This document shows, piece after piece, positions 49,701 through 59,043 of a stretch of 64,000 bases of DNA (within the stretch, counting starts at the first letter, position 1; every line of letters starts with the position of its first letter). The notes under the pieces are model-generated. The model searched no databases. It saw only the letters and a list, made by a program, of their open reading frames with translations, and was not told the origin of the DNA. The position numbers were made by a program, and so were the translations under genes. The stretch is from Firmicutes bacterium ADurb.Bin193. Its GTDB lineage: Bacteria > Bacillota > Clostridia > Monoglobales > Firm-18. The DNA lies in NCBI GenBank assembly GCA_002070105.1, contig MWCQ01000002.1, positions 193,496-257,495 on the forward strand, in the 5' to 3' direction.

Positions 49701-50326
49701 GCCTGCAGCCTTAAAGGCTCAAGCTGGGTTTCAAGCTCTGTTATTATGTCGCTGACGCGGGTTATGTTTTCCTGAGTGTGGGCAAGCTTGCGCTCTGCCT
49801 CCTCCTTGCGGTAGCGGTATTTGGCTATCCCCGCAGCCTCCTCGAAAATCTGGCGTCTGTCCTCCGGCTTGCTGTTTATTATTTCGTCAATCCTGCCCTG
49901 ACCGATTATCGAATATCCGTCGCGTCCCACGCCCGTATCCATAAAAAGCTCATGTATGTCCTTTAACCGACAGGCGGACTTATTTATAAAATATTCGCTC
50001 TCTCCGGAGCGGAAAACCCGCCTTGTGACAGCGACCTCATCATAGTCTATTCCAAGTTTTTTATCGGAGTTGTCGATATAAAGAGTAACCTCGGCAAAGC
50101 CCAAAGGCTTGCGCTTTTGAGTTCCCGAAAAAATCACATCCTGCATATTGCCACCGCGAAGGGATTTCGCGCTCTGCTCGCCCATTACCCAGCGGATTGC
50201 ATCGGCTATGTTGCTCTTTCCGCTTCCGTTGGGCCCGACAACCGCCGTTATGCCTTTCCCGAATTCAATATTTGTTTTTTCGGCGAAGGACTTAAAGCCC
50301 TGTATTTCCAAACTTTTTAAATACAT
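46745..50326 (-). CDS. smc: Chromosome segregation protein SMC
   Basis: 1193 aa. Walker A GPNGSGKSN, hinge, signature LSGGE, Walker B ILDEIEAALD. Confidence 0.95.
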   Translation of the reverse strand: MYLKSLEIQGFKSFAEKTNIEFGKGITAVVGPNGSGKSNIADAIRWVMGEQSAKSLRGGNMQDVIFSGTQKRKPLGFAEVTLYIDNSDKKLGIDYDEVAVTRRVFRSGESEYFINKSACRLKDIHELFMDTGVGRDGYSIIGQGRIDEIINSKPEDRRQIFEEAAGIAKYRYRKEEAERKLAHTQENITRVSDIITELETQLEPLRLQAEKAKKYLNLREQLKVLEVNVSLENIERFKKALNDAENILGDVESRAAQIRGDIENTQSEISKMFDDMRADDESAEQKRLQQEENSKTLAAFQSDIEVLKSRIEHNKESIKRIEGEIEEDKEKLWELDGTLYEKDGHLEQLLSKDKELDEKIGALAAEIEVLSKEESDLASIVEQIGADIIEKMNEAAQIRSKTGNYSALAQSFEARSKAIDKEISDKNDSLQALVEKVASLEKSEKDKAKMAEALEKKSKQAEKELSKANEEYARLRQEGQDLQIKLEQTLSRVKLLDDMEKSFDNYSRSVKAVMQSHESKDGELKGVSILGTVAQILKVPEQYTVAIETALGAAAQNIVTQTEQDAEAAIEFLKKTKAGRATFLPISAAKGGVLDEKGIESNKGYIGPASKLVTFDKKFEGIVTGLLGRVAVVDNAANAISLARKYGYRFRIVTLEGELFTPGGAISGGSRTGTAGLFSRANELATLSELAKRLKADCKAAAEKERVFEKKLAALREEAEKNADELRAVRLEGISVSAELKHSKEFLRSMDEAKAALLAEQKQVVEKADSLKGEMDRLAKTAESINSEIELLEKKQELYKDKMAELAQRKDEKSAAQLSLKMEKNGIEKDIQLHSERTELFKIRRGEVERSIEQKKQSIAEIISKNEDINDDIEFKTQQINELKEEIKTLKGEVSDLLAKRRKTEESIKQKQSSLSAKQEEQLKLQQEQGRLENRKTKAQTELENIINRLWEEYELTLSAAEEYRKDTGSITKSQKSINSLKEEIKSLGNINIDAIEEYANIKERFEFLTEQRNDLAQAQKNLEAVIADMVIIMKERFVEKFRIINENFNQVFAELFGGGRASLALTEPDDVLTSGVTIEVQPPGKALKSLLQLSGGEQALVSIAILFAILKACPSPFCILDEIEAALDDLNTYRFADYLKKFAKDSQFVVVTHRRGTMEAANILYGVTMQEQGVTSLLSLNIDDVEREAMLA

Positions 50327-50338
50327 CTGTTACATCCT

Positions 50339-51169
50339 TTATAATTTGTCATTGATACTGTTAAGCCTCTTTTCCACAAGCTCCCGAAAGCGCGGGTGGT
50401 ATGGCCCTGCCACAAGGTTTTGCTCTGCCTCGTCTCCGCTTATAAGAAGCCCCAATCGTATGACTTTTATTCTATTTTCGTTAAAAACACGCATTATAAC
50501 AGCGGATATTTCTACCGCCTGCTCAAGCGTAAGAGGAGTAAAACTTCCCTTTATATATTCGTCGTACAAATCGGTGTTTTTAAATACGAGGGTCGGATAT
50601 ATCCTTACAAAATCAGGCTTTAAGGCGGCTATGCGCCGTGCGGTGTATATTGATTTTTCCTCTGTGTCGCCGATTAAGCCTATCATCATCTGAAGCCCGA
50701 GCGTAAAGCCGTATTCCTTAATCATTCGTGCTGAGATTTCAACATCCTTTGCGGTATGTCCCCTGCCGTTTTGCATGAGGACATCGGCACACATGCTCTG
50801 AACGCCGAGCTCAATCTCGGTTACTCCCTTTTCCCTAAGGTTTTGGAGTATCTTTGAGTCTATGCAGTCTGGGCGGGTAGAAAGACGGATTCCGTCTATT
50901 AAACCCCTGTTTTTATATTCAAGGGCGACATTCAAAAGACTGTCCTGAATATCCCTGTCCACCGCCGTAAAGCTTCCGCCGTAAAAGGCGATATACACGC
51001 TATGCCTTTCTTTATCCATTGTAGATAGGTACTTTTCAGCCGTATCCCTCACGGTTTGAGGCGTTGCCTCGTCATGCGTGCCGGTTATGTGCCGCTGATT
51101 GCAGAAAGAGCATCGGTGGGGACAGCCTCTGTGTGGCACGAATATCGGTATTATCTTAAGTTTTTTCAT
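50339..51169 (-). CDS. Radical SAM protein (ELP3-like family)
   Basis: From MKKLKIIPIFVPHRGCPHRCSFCNQ, a CxxxCxxC motif. Start trimmed to 51169 to avoid rnc. Confidence 0.75.
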   Translation of the reverse strand: MKKLKIIPIFVPHRGCPHRCSFCNQRHITGTHDEATPQTVRDTAEKYLSTMDKERHSVYIAFYGGSFTAVDRDIQDSLLNVALEYKNRGLIDGIRLSTRPDCIDSKILQNLREKGVTEIELGVQSMCADVLMQNGRGHTAKDVEISARMIKEYGFTLGLQMMIGLIGDTEEKSIYTARRIAALKPDFVRIYPTLVFKNTDLYDEYIKGSFTPLTLEQAVEISAVIMRVFNENRIKVIRLGLLISGDEAEQNLVAGPYHPRFRELVEKRLNSINDKL

Positions 51170-51213
51170 TTTGTTCTCCGTTTGAATCTCCCCTGCCGCC
51201 TGTGCGGATAGAA

Positions 51214-51900
51214 TCAGTCGGTTTTTGACCTTAATTTTATAAGAGCTTTTTTCGCCGCATCCTGTTCCGCATCCTTTTTGCTTCGACCTTTGCCGCTTGC
51301 AAGGCATTTGCCGTCCGAAAAAACCTCTACCGTAAAAACCTTAAGATGTTCGGGGCCCTCCTCCTTCACGCTGACATAGTCTACACTGCCCTCATGCTGT
51401 TGGACCTCCTCCTGAAGCTCGGTTTTATAGTCCTTGAATACTCCTTTGCCCTTTTTGACCATTTTAATGCTTGCGTCAAGGCTTTTTAAGACAAATTTTT
51501 CAGCGCAGGTTATTCCGCCGTCAAGATATATGGCGGCAATCACAGCCTCAAAAACATCCGCAAGAATGGACGGACGGGTTCTTCCCCCCGTCATTGCCTC
51601 GCCTTTGCTGAAAAAGATATAATCGCCCAAACCAAGACCTTCGGCGCATGAAGCAAGAGTTCTCTCGCACACAAGCGCCGCACGCATCTTAGAAAGCCCG
51701 CCTTCGGGTAGCTCCGTAAAATTGTTGTATATGTGCGTACTTATTACAAATGAAAGAACACTGTCGCCCAAAAACTCAAGTCGTTCATAGCTTTTTGAGA
51801 CCTTTTTGTTCTCGTTGGCGTACGAACTGTGAGTAAGCGCGGTTTTGAGAAGCCTGTCATCTTTAAATGTATATCCGAGCTTTTTCATTAACTCATCCAT
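51214..51900 (-). CDS. rnc: Ribonuclease III
   Basis: ERLEFLGDSVL signature plus a C-terminal dsRBD. Start trimmed to MDELMKKLGY. Confidence 0.9.
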   Translation of the reverse strand: MDELMKKLGYTFKDDRLLKTALTHSSYANENKKVSKSYERLEFLGDSVLSFVISTHIYNNFTELPEGGLSKMRAALVCERTLASCAEGLGLGDYIFFSKGEAMTGGRTRPSILADVFEAVIAAIYLDGGITCAEKFVLKSLDASIKMVKKGKGVFKDYKTELQEEVQQHEGSVDYVSVKEEGPEHLKVFTVEVFSDGKCLASGKGRSKKDAEQDAAKKALIKLRSKTD

Positions 51901-52160
51901 TTTCGCCGCCTCCTGTCTGATGTGTCGCATATACAAAAAGCCCTAAAGGGCTTTTTTCAGACAACCGACAAACTCGGTCTACCGCAAGCGAATAATAAGG
52001 TTATCGCGAAAAATGATAAATCAATATTTTTACATGACGGGAACAATTATTCCCCTTGTCATTGCTTGCTTTTGCCCCGAATTGACCCTGCCGTCGATGA
52101 CTTTATTTGTGGCAAATACACCTTGGTTTCTCAGCGTCTGTCAGCTTATCAAACTGAGCC

Positions 52161-52391
52161 CTAAAGGGCTTTTTCCTTAACGAAATTCACGATATCGCCG
52201 ACGGTTTTAATATTTTCGGCATCCTCATCGGAAATTTCAATTTCAAATTCCTGCTCCATAGCCATAACAAGCTCTACAAGGTCAAGCGAGTCTGCGCCGA
52301 GGTCGTCCATCAGGGAGGACTCAAGCGTTACTTTATCCTCGCTTACACCAAGCTGTTCTACTATTATTTCTTTTATCTTTTCAAATTCCAT
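52161..52391 (-). CDS. acpP: Acyl carrier protein
   Basis: [17 protein letters not shown] phosphopantetheine attachment site. Confidence 0.95.
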   Translation of the reverse strand: MEFEKIKEIIVEQLGVSEDKVTLESSLMDDLGADSLDLVELVMAMEQEFEIEISDEDAENIKTVGDIVNFVKEKAL

Positions 52392-52520
52392 AAATTTTAC
52401 CTCCTGTTTTTATTTGTTTCCGCAAGGGCGACCTTGAAAAATATTACAAGCCTTGCCCCAGATTTATATTATAATATAATTATTGTTCCGTCAAGTATTT
52501 TTTACTTTTTTTTATTTAAA

Positions 52521-52929
52521 GAAATTGCGCATAATCTGCGCAATTTTGCGCTTCGGCGAAATGAATTCACCTTCGCTTACGCTCGCGCGGCGAGAGGATG
52601 CGTTCGGGAAAGCGCTTCGCGCCCGAACGCTTTATATTTAAGTTAAGAAATTGCGCATAATCTGCGCAATTTTGCGCTTCGGCGAAATGAATTCACCTTC
52701 GCTTACGCTCGCGCGGCGAGAGGATGCGTTCGGGAAAGCGCTTCGCGCCCGAACGCTTTATATTTAAGTTAAGAAATTGCGCATAATCTGCGCAATTTTG
52801 CGCTTCGGCGAAATGAATTCACCTTCGCTTACGCTCGCGCGGCGAGAGGATGCGTTCGGGAAAGCGCTTCGCGCCCGAACGCTTTATATTTAAGTTAAGA
52901 AATTGCGCATAATCTGCGCAATTTTGCGC
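52521..52929 (+). repeat. Tandem array: 3 identical 126-bp units plus a 31-bp partial 4th; each unit is hairpin-rich
   Basis: Units start at 52521, 52647 and 52773, with the partial unit at 52899. Hairpins: AAATTGCGCA-TAATC-TGCGCAATTT, GCGTTCGGG...CCCGAACGC, CTCGC-GCG-GCGAG, GCGAA...TTCGC. Confidence 0.95.
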
Positions 52930-52945
52930 CTTTCGCCCTACTGCT

Positions 52946-53917
52946 TTATTGGTTTACCAGATTTGTTATGGATTCAATTGCCTTTGCTTCATAAAACTTT
53001 TTCGCTTGCCTAATTGCGTTGGAAAGCGCAAGCGCCTTTGACGAGCCGTGTGCCTTTATGACCGCGCCGCACGCCCCCAAAACAGGCGCGCCGCCATGCT
53101 CGTTATAGTCGAATTTTTTCTTCAGACCGGAAAGTCCGCCTTTTAGCATAAGTCCGCAAAGCTTTGTTATGATGTTTTTCATAAACATCTCTTTAAGGTT
53201 TTTTGAAAAGTAAAGCGCGGTTCCCTCAATCGCCTTCAATAATATATTACCCTCAAAGCCGTCGGCGACCAAAACATCGACAACACCGTCCAAAATATCC
53301 CGCGCCTCGATATTCCCCACGAAATTAAGCGGGAGCGCGGAGATAAGTCCATATGCCGCCCTTGTTTTTTCGTTGCCCTTATGCTCCTCCGTTCCGTTGC
53401 TTAAAAGACCGACCCTCGGATTTTCAACGCCCAAAACAGCCTTTGAATATGCGTTTCCCATAATTGCAAACTGCTCCAAAAGCTCGGGCGTGCAATCCAC
53501 ATTCGCGCCGCAGTCTATAAGGATTGTGCTCTTACCGTTGGTCGGGATTATAGGCGCAAGCGCAACCCTTCTTATGCCCTTTATCCTTTTGACGATAAGC
53601 GTAGCGCCCGCAATCAGTGCGCCAGAATTCCCCGCAGACACAAAGGCATCACCCTCGCCCTTTGCAAGAAGGTTAAGCCCCACGACCATTGAGGAATCCG
53701 TCTTTTGCCGGACGACATTCACCGAGTCTTCATAAGTGATAACCTCGGAGGCTTGAACGATTGTTATATTCTTATCGTCTGTAAGGTGTTTTTTAATTTT
53801 TTCTTCGTCGCCGGTCAGGATTATCTCGACACCTAAATTCTGCACGGCAAGCATACAGCCTTTTACGATCTCGGCGGGCGCGTTGTCCCCGCCCATTGCA
53901 TCAACAATAATTTTCAT
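52946..53917 (-). CDS. plsX: Phosphate acyltransferase
   Basis: MKIIVDAMGGDNAP. 323 aa. Confidence 0.95.
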   Translation of the reverse strand: MKIIVDAMGGDNAPAEIVKGCMLAVQNLGVEIILTGDEEKIKKHLTDDKNITIVQASEVITYEDSVNVVRQKTDSSMVVGLNLLAKGEGDAFVSAGNSGALIAGATLIVKRIKGIRRVALAPIIPTNGKSTILIDCGANVDCTPELLEQFAIMGNAYSKAVLGVENPRVGLLSNGTEEHKGNEKTRAAYGLISALPLNFVGNIEARDILDGVVDVLVADGFEGNILLKAIEGTALYFSKNLKEMFMKNIITKLCGLMLKGGLSGLKKKFDYNEHGGAPVLGACGAVIKAHGSSKALALSNAIRQAKKFYEAKAIESITNLVNQ

Positions 53918-53930
53918 AATTAACTCCCTA

Positions 53931-54473
53931 TTATTTCATATCTATAAGACTCCGGTTTTTGCTTACATATTCCACGCCCGAATACACCGTCACGATTACC
54001 GCGGCAAGCATTAGTATAAAGGAAACGGGAAAACCCCAAAGCGAAAGCTCATAAATCTTGTCTATCAGCATTGATGAAATCGCCACGATTTGAAGCACGG
54101 TTTTTATTTTCCCCGATGCGTTTGCGGGGATGACCTTGCCGCTCGATATTGCGACAATTCTAAGGCTTGTAACTATAAACTCGCGGGATATTATGATAAA
54201 CGCAAACCACGGGTCCAGCCTTCCCATTGCCGTAAGTCCGATAAGCGCCGCCGTTACGAGAAGCTTGTCGGCAAGAGGGTCAATAAACTTTCCGAAGGTT
54301 GTTACCTGATTGTATTTTCGCGCAACATAGCCGTCAACGCCGTCCGTAGCCGCCGCTATAACAAACAGCGCCACGCCGATATAATCATTGTAGGGTATGT
54401 CGCAAAGCAAGAACACCATAAATACCGGAACCAAAAAAATTCTGAATAAGGTAATTTTATTTGCACATGTCAC
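53931..54473 (-). CDS. pgsA: CDP-diacylglycerol-glycerol-3-phosphate 3-phosphatidyltransferase
   Basis: CDP-alcohol phosphatidyltransferase motif DGVDGYVARK...GKFIDPLADK. Confidence 0.9.
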   Translation of the reverse strand: MTCANKITLFRIFLVPVFMVFLLCDIPYNDYIGVALFVIAAATDGVDGYVARKYNQVTTFGKFIDPLADKLLVTAALIGLTAMGRLDPWFAFIIISREFIVTSLRIVAISSGKVIPANASGKIKTVLQIVAISSMLIDKIYELSLWGFPVSFILMLAAVIVTVYSGVEYVSKNRSLIDMK

Positions 54474-54476
54474 GCT

Positions 54477-55787
54477 TTACTCCACCCTTCCGAAAAGGTC
54501 GTAATCCATTGCATCATCTATTTTCACAAGCACAAACTCCCCCTCGGCAATACGAGTGTCCGCGCTGAAAAAGACCTTGCCATCTATATCCGCCGAATCA
54601 CCCTCGCTTCTTCCGTAATGCTTCTTTATAATGGGGTCATACCCCTCGGTGAGAACTTTTATTGTCTTGCCGATTTTTTCGGCAGAAAGCTGCTCGGTAA
54701 CCTCCGCCTGTGCAAGCATAAGCGACTCTAAACGCTTCCTTTTAACCTCGTCGCTAATCTGACCGTCCATCTTAGCGGCGGGCGTTCCCTCCTCCTGCGA
54801 ATAGGCGAAAACCCCCAAACGCTCAAACCGCATATTCCGTATAAAGTCCTCCGCTTCAGCGCTTTGCTCCTCCGTTTCGCCGGGGAAGCCCGTTATGAGG
54901 GTTGTTCTGATTGTTATACCGGGGATTTTTGCCCTGATTTTCGATATAAGCGCTTCAAGGGTGTTTCTGTCACCCCTTCTGCCCATTCTCCGCAATATTT
55001 CGCCGTTGCAGTGCTGAACGGGTATGTCAAGGTAGTTGCAGATTTTATCTTCATTTGAGATTAAATCAATAAGTTCATCGGTTATTCTTTCCGGGTAGCA
55101 GTAGTGAAGCCTTATCCACTCAATGCCCGGAATTTCGCAAAGTCCTTTAAGAAGCGGTACAAGCCTTGCCTCGCCGTAAAGGTCAATTCCGTAGCTTGTT
55201 GTGTCCTGGGCTATAATAATAAGTTCCTTTACGCCGCTTTTCGCAAGCCGCTTTGCCTCATCCGTCAAATCCTCTATGGGACGGCTTTTGAAACCGCCTC
55301 TGACCGACGGTATAACGCAGTATGTGCAACGGTTGTCACAGCCGTCCGCAATTTTAAGATATGCGGTGTAGGGCGGCGTTATGCGTATTCTTTCGGATGC
55401 GGGATGGCGATAACCGTCATCGCACATAACCGCTTTGCCCTCGTTTTTTATCACAGAGAGAATATCCTCAATATGCCCCAATCCGACAACCGAGTCAACC
55501 TCAGGCATTTCTTTTATAATCTCGTCACGGTACCGCTGGGCAAGACAGCCCGTAACTATAAGCCTTTTGCAATGCCCTTCTTCCTTTAGGCGCGCAAGGT
55601 CAAGAATCGTGTCGATAGACTCCTGCTTTGCATCGTTTATGAAACAGCAGGTATTGACGATTATAACATCCGCTTTGCTTTCGTCGTTTTCTATCTTAAA
55701 GCCGCCGCTTTTTATAATCCCAAGCATATGCTCCGTATCCGTAAGGTTTTTCGAACAACCCAACGACGCCACCGCAACCTTAATCAA
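54477..55787 (-). CDS. rimO: Ribosomal protein S12 methylthiotransferase
   Basis: The MTTase N-domain would start (TTG)[13 protein letters not shown]. Radical SAM CDNRCTYC. C-terminal TRAM domain. The TTG at 55787 overlaps the recX stop; the longer tracked ORF is probably an artefact. Confidence 0.8.
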   Translation of the reverse strand: MIKVAVASLGCSKNLTDTEHMLGIIKSGGFKIENDESKADVIIVNTCCFINDAKQESIDTILDLARLKEEGHCKRLIVTGCLAQRYRDEIIKEMPEVDSVVGLGHIEDILSVIKNEGKAVMCDDGYRHPASERIRITPPYTAYLKIADGCDNRCTYCVIPSVRGGFKSRPIEDLTDEAKRLAKSGVKELIIIAQDTTSYGIDLYGEARLVPLLKGLCEIPGIEWIRLHYCYPERITDELIDLISNEDKICNYLDIPVQHCNGEILRRMGRRGDRNTLEALISKIRAKIPGITIRTTLITGFPGETEEQSAEAEDFIRNMRFERLGVFAYSQEEGTPAAKMDGQISDEVKRKRLESLMLAQAEVTEQLSAEKIGKTIKVLTEGYDPIIKKHYGRSEGDSADIDGKVFFSADTRIAEGEFVLVKIDDAMDYDLFGRVE

Positions 55788-56253
55788 AATAAGTGTCCTC
55801 CGTTTCGCGCAATGCGGAATATATTTCGTCATATCGGTAACCTCTGCGCAAAAGGAACCCGATAAATCTGTTCTTCTGCTTCGGGTCGGAAAGGTCATAC
55901 TTTGTCCGCTTTTCCGCCACAAGCTCCGAAAGCGCATCAAAGCCGTTACAATCAGCTTCCCGCACCGCGCTGTCAATTATTTCGGGCTTAACGCCCTTAC
56001 CGTAAAGCTCGCGCCTGATGCGCGCAATACCATGTTTTTTAACGGTCAGTGCCGTTTCTATAAACCTTTGTGAATACTTTTCATCATCAATATAGCCAAG
56101 CTCTTTAAGATAGGCAACCGTTTTTTCGCACACCTCGGGGGGATACTCCTTTTTCGCAAGCTTATCGCGCAGCTCACGCTCGGTCAATGCCCTTCTTCCG
56201 AGGTAGTATAAAGCCGCAAACTTCGCCCTTGAAAAATCGTCACGCTTGCTCAT
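55780..56253 (-). CDS. recX: Recombination regulator RecX
   Basis: 157 aa, helical repeats, immediately downstream of recA. Confidence 0.85.
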   Translation of the reverse strand: MSKRDDFSRAKFAALYYLGRRALTERELRDKLAKKEYPPEVCEKTVAYLKELGYIDDEKYSQRFIETALTVKKHGIARIRRELYGKGVKPEIIDSAVREADCNGFDALSELVAEKRTKYDLSDPKQKNRFIGFLLRRGYRYDEIYSALRETEDTYFD

Positions 56254-57289
56254 CGGTCGTTCCGGTTATACTGTCTGCGGTAAAGTCAAGTTCGGGCGCG
56301 CCCTCCTTTGCAACCTTGTCACGAATCAGCCTTTCTATCTCGCCGCAAATCTCTTTATTTTCAAATAAGAATTTTTTGGCGTTGTCCCTGCCCTGTCCCA
56401 AACGAATATCGCCGTAGTTGTACCATGCTCCGCTTTTCTTAACAAAGCCCATTTTTTCACCCAAGTCGAGAATGTCGCCCTCTTTGGATATGCCCTTGCC
56501 GTACATAATGTCAAATTCTACGACCTTAAACGGCGGTGCAACCTTGTTTTTGACAACCTTAACCTTCGTCCTATTGCCTATCATGTCGGTTCCGCTTTTC
56601 AGAGTATCAACTTTTCTGACATCAAGGCGCACCGAGGCATAAAACTTAAGCGCGCGCCCGCCCGTGGTGGTCTCGGGATTCCCGTATGTAACCCCGATTT
56701 TTTCACGAAGCTGATTTATAAAAATCGCAACCGTATTCATTTTATTTATCGTACCGCTCAGTTTACGCAGAGCCTGTGACATAAGCCTTGCCTGAAGCCC
56801 GACATGAGAGTCGCCCATGTCGCCCTCTATCTCTGCCCTCGGAACAAGCGCCGCAACCGAGTCAACAACGATTACATCAACCGCCCCGCTTCGCACAAGA
56901 TGCTCCGCTATTTCAAGCGCCTGCTCGCCCGTGTCCGGCTGGGATACTATAAGGTCGTCGGTATTGACACCTAATGCGCGCGCATATTTTGGGTCAAGCG
57001 CATGCTCCGCATCTATGAAAGCCGCGACGCCGCCGGTCTTTTGAACCTCCGCGACAATATGCAGAGCGACGGTTGTTTTGCCCGACGATTCGGGACCGTA
57101 TATTTCTACAATCCTTCCCTTCGGAACGCCTCCTATACCCAACGCCATATCAAGTGAAAGAGAGCCCGTCGAAACCGCTTCGACATTGTAGTGCGGCTGT
57201 TCGCCCAAAAGCATTACCGAACCCTTGCCGTATTTTTTCTCAAGCTGTGCAAAAGCTATGTCAAGTGCCTTTTTTCTCTGTTCTTCCAT
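56240..57289 (-). CDS. recA: Recombinase A
   Basis: GPESSGKTT Walker A and the canonical RecA sequence throughout. Confidence 0.97.
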   Translation of the reverse strand: MEEQRKKALDIAFAQLEKKYGKGSVMLLGEQPHYNVEAVSTGSLSLDMALGIGGVPKGRIVEIYGPESSGKTTVALHIVAEVQKTGGVAAFIDAEHALDPKYARALGVNTDDLIVSQPDTGEQALEIAEHLVRSGAVDVIVVDSVAALVPRAEIEGDMGDSHVGLQARLMSQALRKLSGTINKMNTVAIFINQLREKIGVTYGNPETTTGGRALKFYASVRLDVRKVDTLKSGTDMIGNRTKVKVVKNKVAPPFKVVEFDIMYGKGISKEGDILDLGEKMGFVKKSGAWYNYGDIRLGQGRDNAKKFLFENKEICGEIERLIRDKVAKEGAPELDFTADSITGTTDEQA

Positions 57290-57323
57290 AGTAACCCACC
57301 CCTTTTATAAATGATACTTTAAC

Positions 57324-57794
57324 CTATGAATTGTAGTTTTGGACAATATACTCCGTTGCGATTTGCAACGCCCTTTTTGCCGCAAGGCTTCTTATTTCAT
57401 CCCTTGTGCCGCTGAGGTTTAACTCCTCCGTTACCGTACCGCCCCTTCCGCACACGCCTATGTATACAAGCCCGACAGGCTTTTCGGGCGTACCGCCCGA
57501 CGGTCCGGCTATGCCGGTCACCGAAAGCCCTATATCGCTTTTTGCCAAAGTCATAATACCCTCGCACATCTGTGCCGCGGCATGTGCGCTAACGGCACCG
57601 TATTCGTCCAGGGTCTGACGAGAGATGCCCGGAAGCTTTATTTTCGCCTCGTTTGAATAGGTCACGACACCCATTTCAAAGCACGCCGACGAGCCGCTTA
57701 TATCGGTTATAAGCTTAGCAACAAGCCCGCCCGTACAGCTTTCGGCGGTCGATATTTTTAAGCCTTTCTCCGTTAAAAGAGCAACTATGTTCAT
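57324..57794 (-). CDS. pncC: CinA C-terminal domain protein (nicotinamide-nucleotide amidohydrolase PncC-like)
   Basis: GLKISTAESCTGGLVA motif. Upstream of recA, as in many Firmicutes. Confidence 0.85.
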   Translation of the reverse strand: MNIVALLTEKGLKISTAESCTGGLVAKLITDISGSSACFEMGVVTYSNEAKIKLPGISRQTLDEYGAVSAHAAAQMCEGIMTLAKSDIGLSVTGIAGPSGGTPEKPVGLVYIGVCGRGGTVTEELNLSGTRDEIRSLAAKRALQIATEYIVQNYNS

Positions 57795-58229
57795 AGCAAT
57801 CTCCCTATTAAGCTAACCCTACTGCCATTATATATTTATTAAAATATAATATTTATAGTATAATTGCGCTTCGCTGTTTCCGAGCGGTTGTTGTGAGGAA
57901 AATTTCGGCAACGCGATAAATTCCACGCGGAGCGTATAATAAACACTTGCGTTTATTATACCATAAAAGCAAGTCAAATTCCAACATATTTTTAATTTTT
58001 TCCCGCATTATTTTAAAAAGCCGTACGAAACGACCGAAAAGCTATGATTTCGCCTGATTTTTTCAGTTGTTTGGGATGCTTCGGTTGTCATGTTGTTTCT
58101 CTTTCACAAAAACATATTATAAACAAGGGGGCTGTTTGGAGTGCCCACCCGAGGGCAAAAGGCACGCGGCGCAAACTGAGGTGACCCCCAAATGGTAGAC
58201 AGATTGGGGACGGTTAAAATGTATCATTT

Positions 58230-58406
58230 TTTAACCGTTTTCATGTGCTTGCCGATACATTTTCGGTGTCATTTTGTCCAACCTTTTCTGTGGGCGGAAA
58301 TTGATATAATAATCGAGGTATTCCCCGGTTATTTCCACGACATCAAACTGACTTTTCAGTCTCGATTTTGCAAGGTATATGCACTCGCATTTAATCTGAG
58401 AGCTAA
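58230..58406 (-). pseudogene. C-terminal remnant of a DDE (rve-type) transposase
   Basis: Hand translation gives ...EITGEYLDYYINFRPQKRLDKMTPKMYRQAHENG*. There is an in-frame stop upstream and no start codon. It resembles the rve-domain C-terminal tail. Confidence 0.4.
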
Positions 58407-58536
58407 ATCAAAAAGTTCCTGTTGCGGTGCGGCATTGATATTTATGTCTATGTTAAAACCACACGACTTACAAGACCTCACATCATCTTTGTTTTGGGTA
58501 AAATACATCGGACATTGAATCACCTTAAAACCTCCT

Positions 58537-59019
58537 TCAATCAATTGGCAGATAGAGTGTATCTCCTACAAAGATTTTGTTTTCGTCAGAAATATGATTT
58601 ATTTTAAGTATTGAACTTTTTTTCGTTTCATAGTCAATGCACAATTTTCCGTATATTTCAGTTAGGGTATCACCTACCTTAACGGTATATGCTTTGAAGG
58701 TGACGGTATCATTGTTACTCGCTACATCAGCGACTTTATTATTCTTTTCCAATAATTTGTTTTCCGCTTCTTGAAGGCGTATTTCCAGTTGAGAAGCGTT
58801 TTTTTCCGATAATTGTAATTCTTTAATGATGCTTATTACTTTATTATTAAGCAATATGCGTTCACCGAAAAGTACACTGCACTCGATTATTGTTAAGACA
58901 AGCAACATCGATAAAATTATCGTTTTATAGTTTCCATGGCGCGGGACATGACTTGCCTTGCTATTCGCCCTAATCGCTATCCTTTTTCCTATATCGTCGA
59001 ACACATAAAAACCTTCCAC
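58537..59019 (-). CDS. Membrane-anchored coiled-coil protein with C-terminal LysM domain
   Basis: TM helix TIILSMLLVLTIIECSVLF. LysM motif YTVKVGDTLTEIYGKL...NKIFVGDTLYLP. Confidence 0.7.
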   Translation of the reverse strand: MEGFYVFDDIGKRIAIRANSKASHVPRHGNYKTIILSMLLVLTIIECSVLFGERILLNNKVISIIKELQLSEKNASQLEIRLQEAENKLLEKNNKVADVASNNDTVTFKAYTVKVGDTLTEIYGKLCIDYETKKSSILKINHISDENKIFVGDTLYLPID

Positions 59020-59043
59020 AGGAACAACCTTTTTGATTTTCCA

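Noticed and set aside
52521-52929. Regular 126-bp periodic repeats could be mistaken for a CRISPR array
   Set aside because: The units are contiguous and identical, with no unique spacers between them. The unit length is far above CRISPR repeat size, and no cas genes are present in the window.
58356-58544. 62-aa ORF with a Zn-ribbon-like CP...CKSCG segment
   Set aside because: It overlaps the LysM gene end and runs into the transposase remnant. The first Cys pair is imperfect. It is probably a decayed fragment, so it was not called as a gene.
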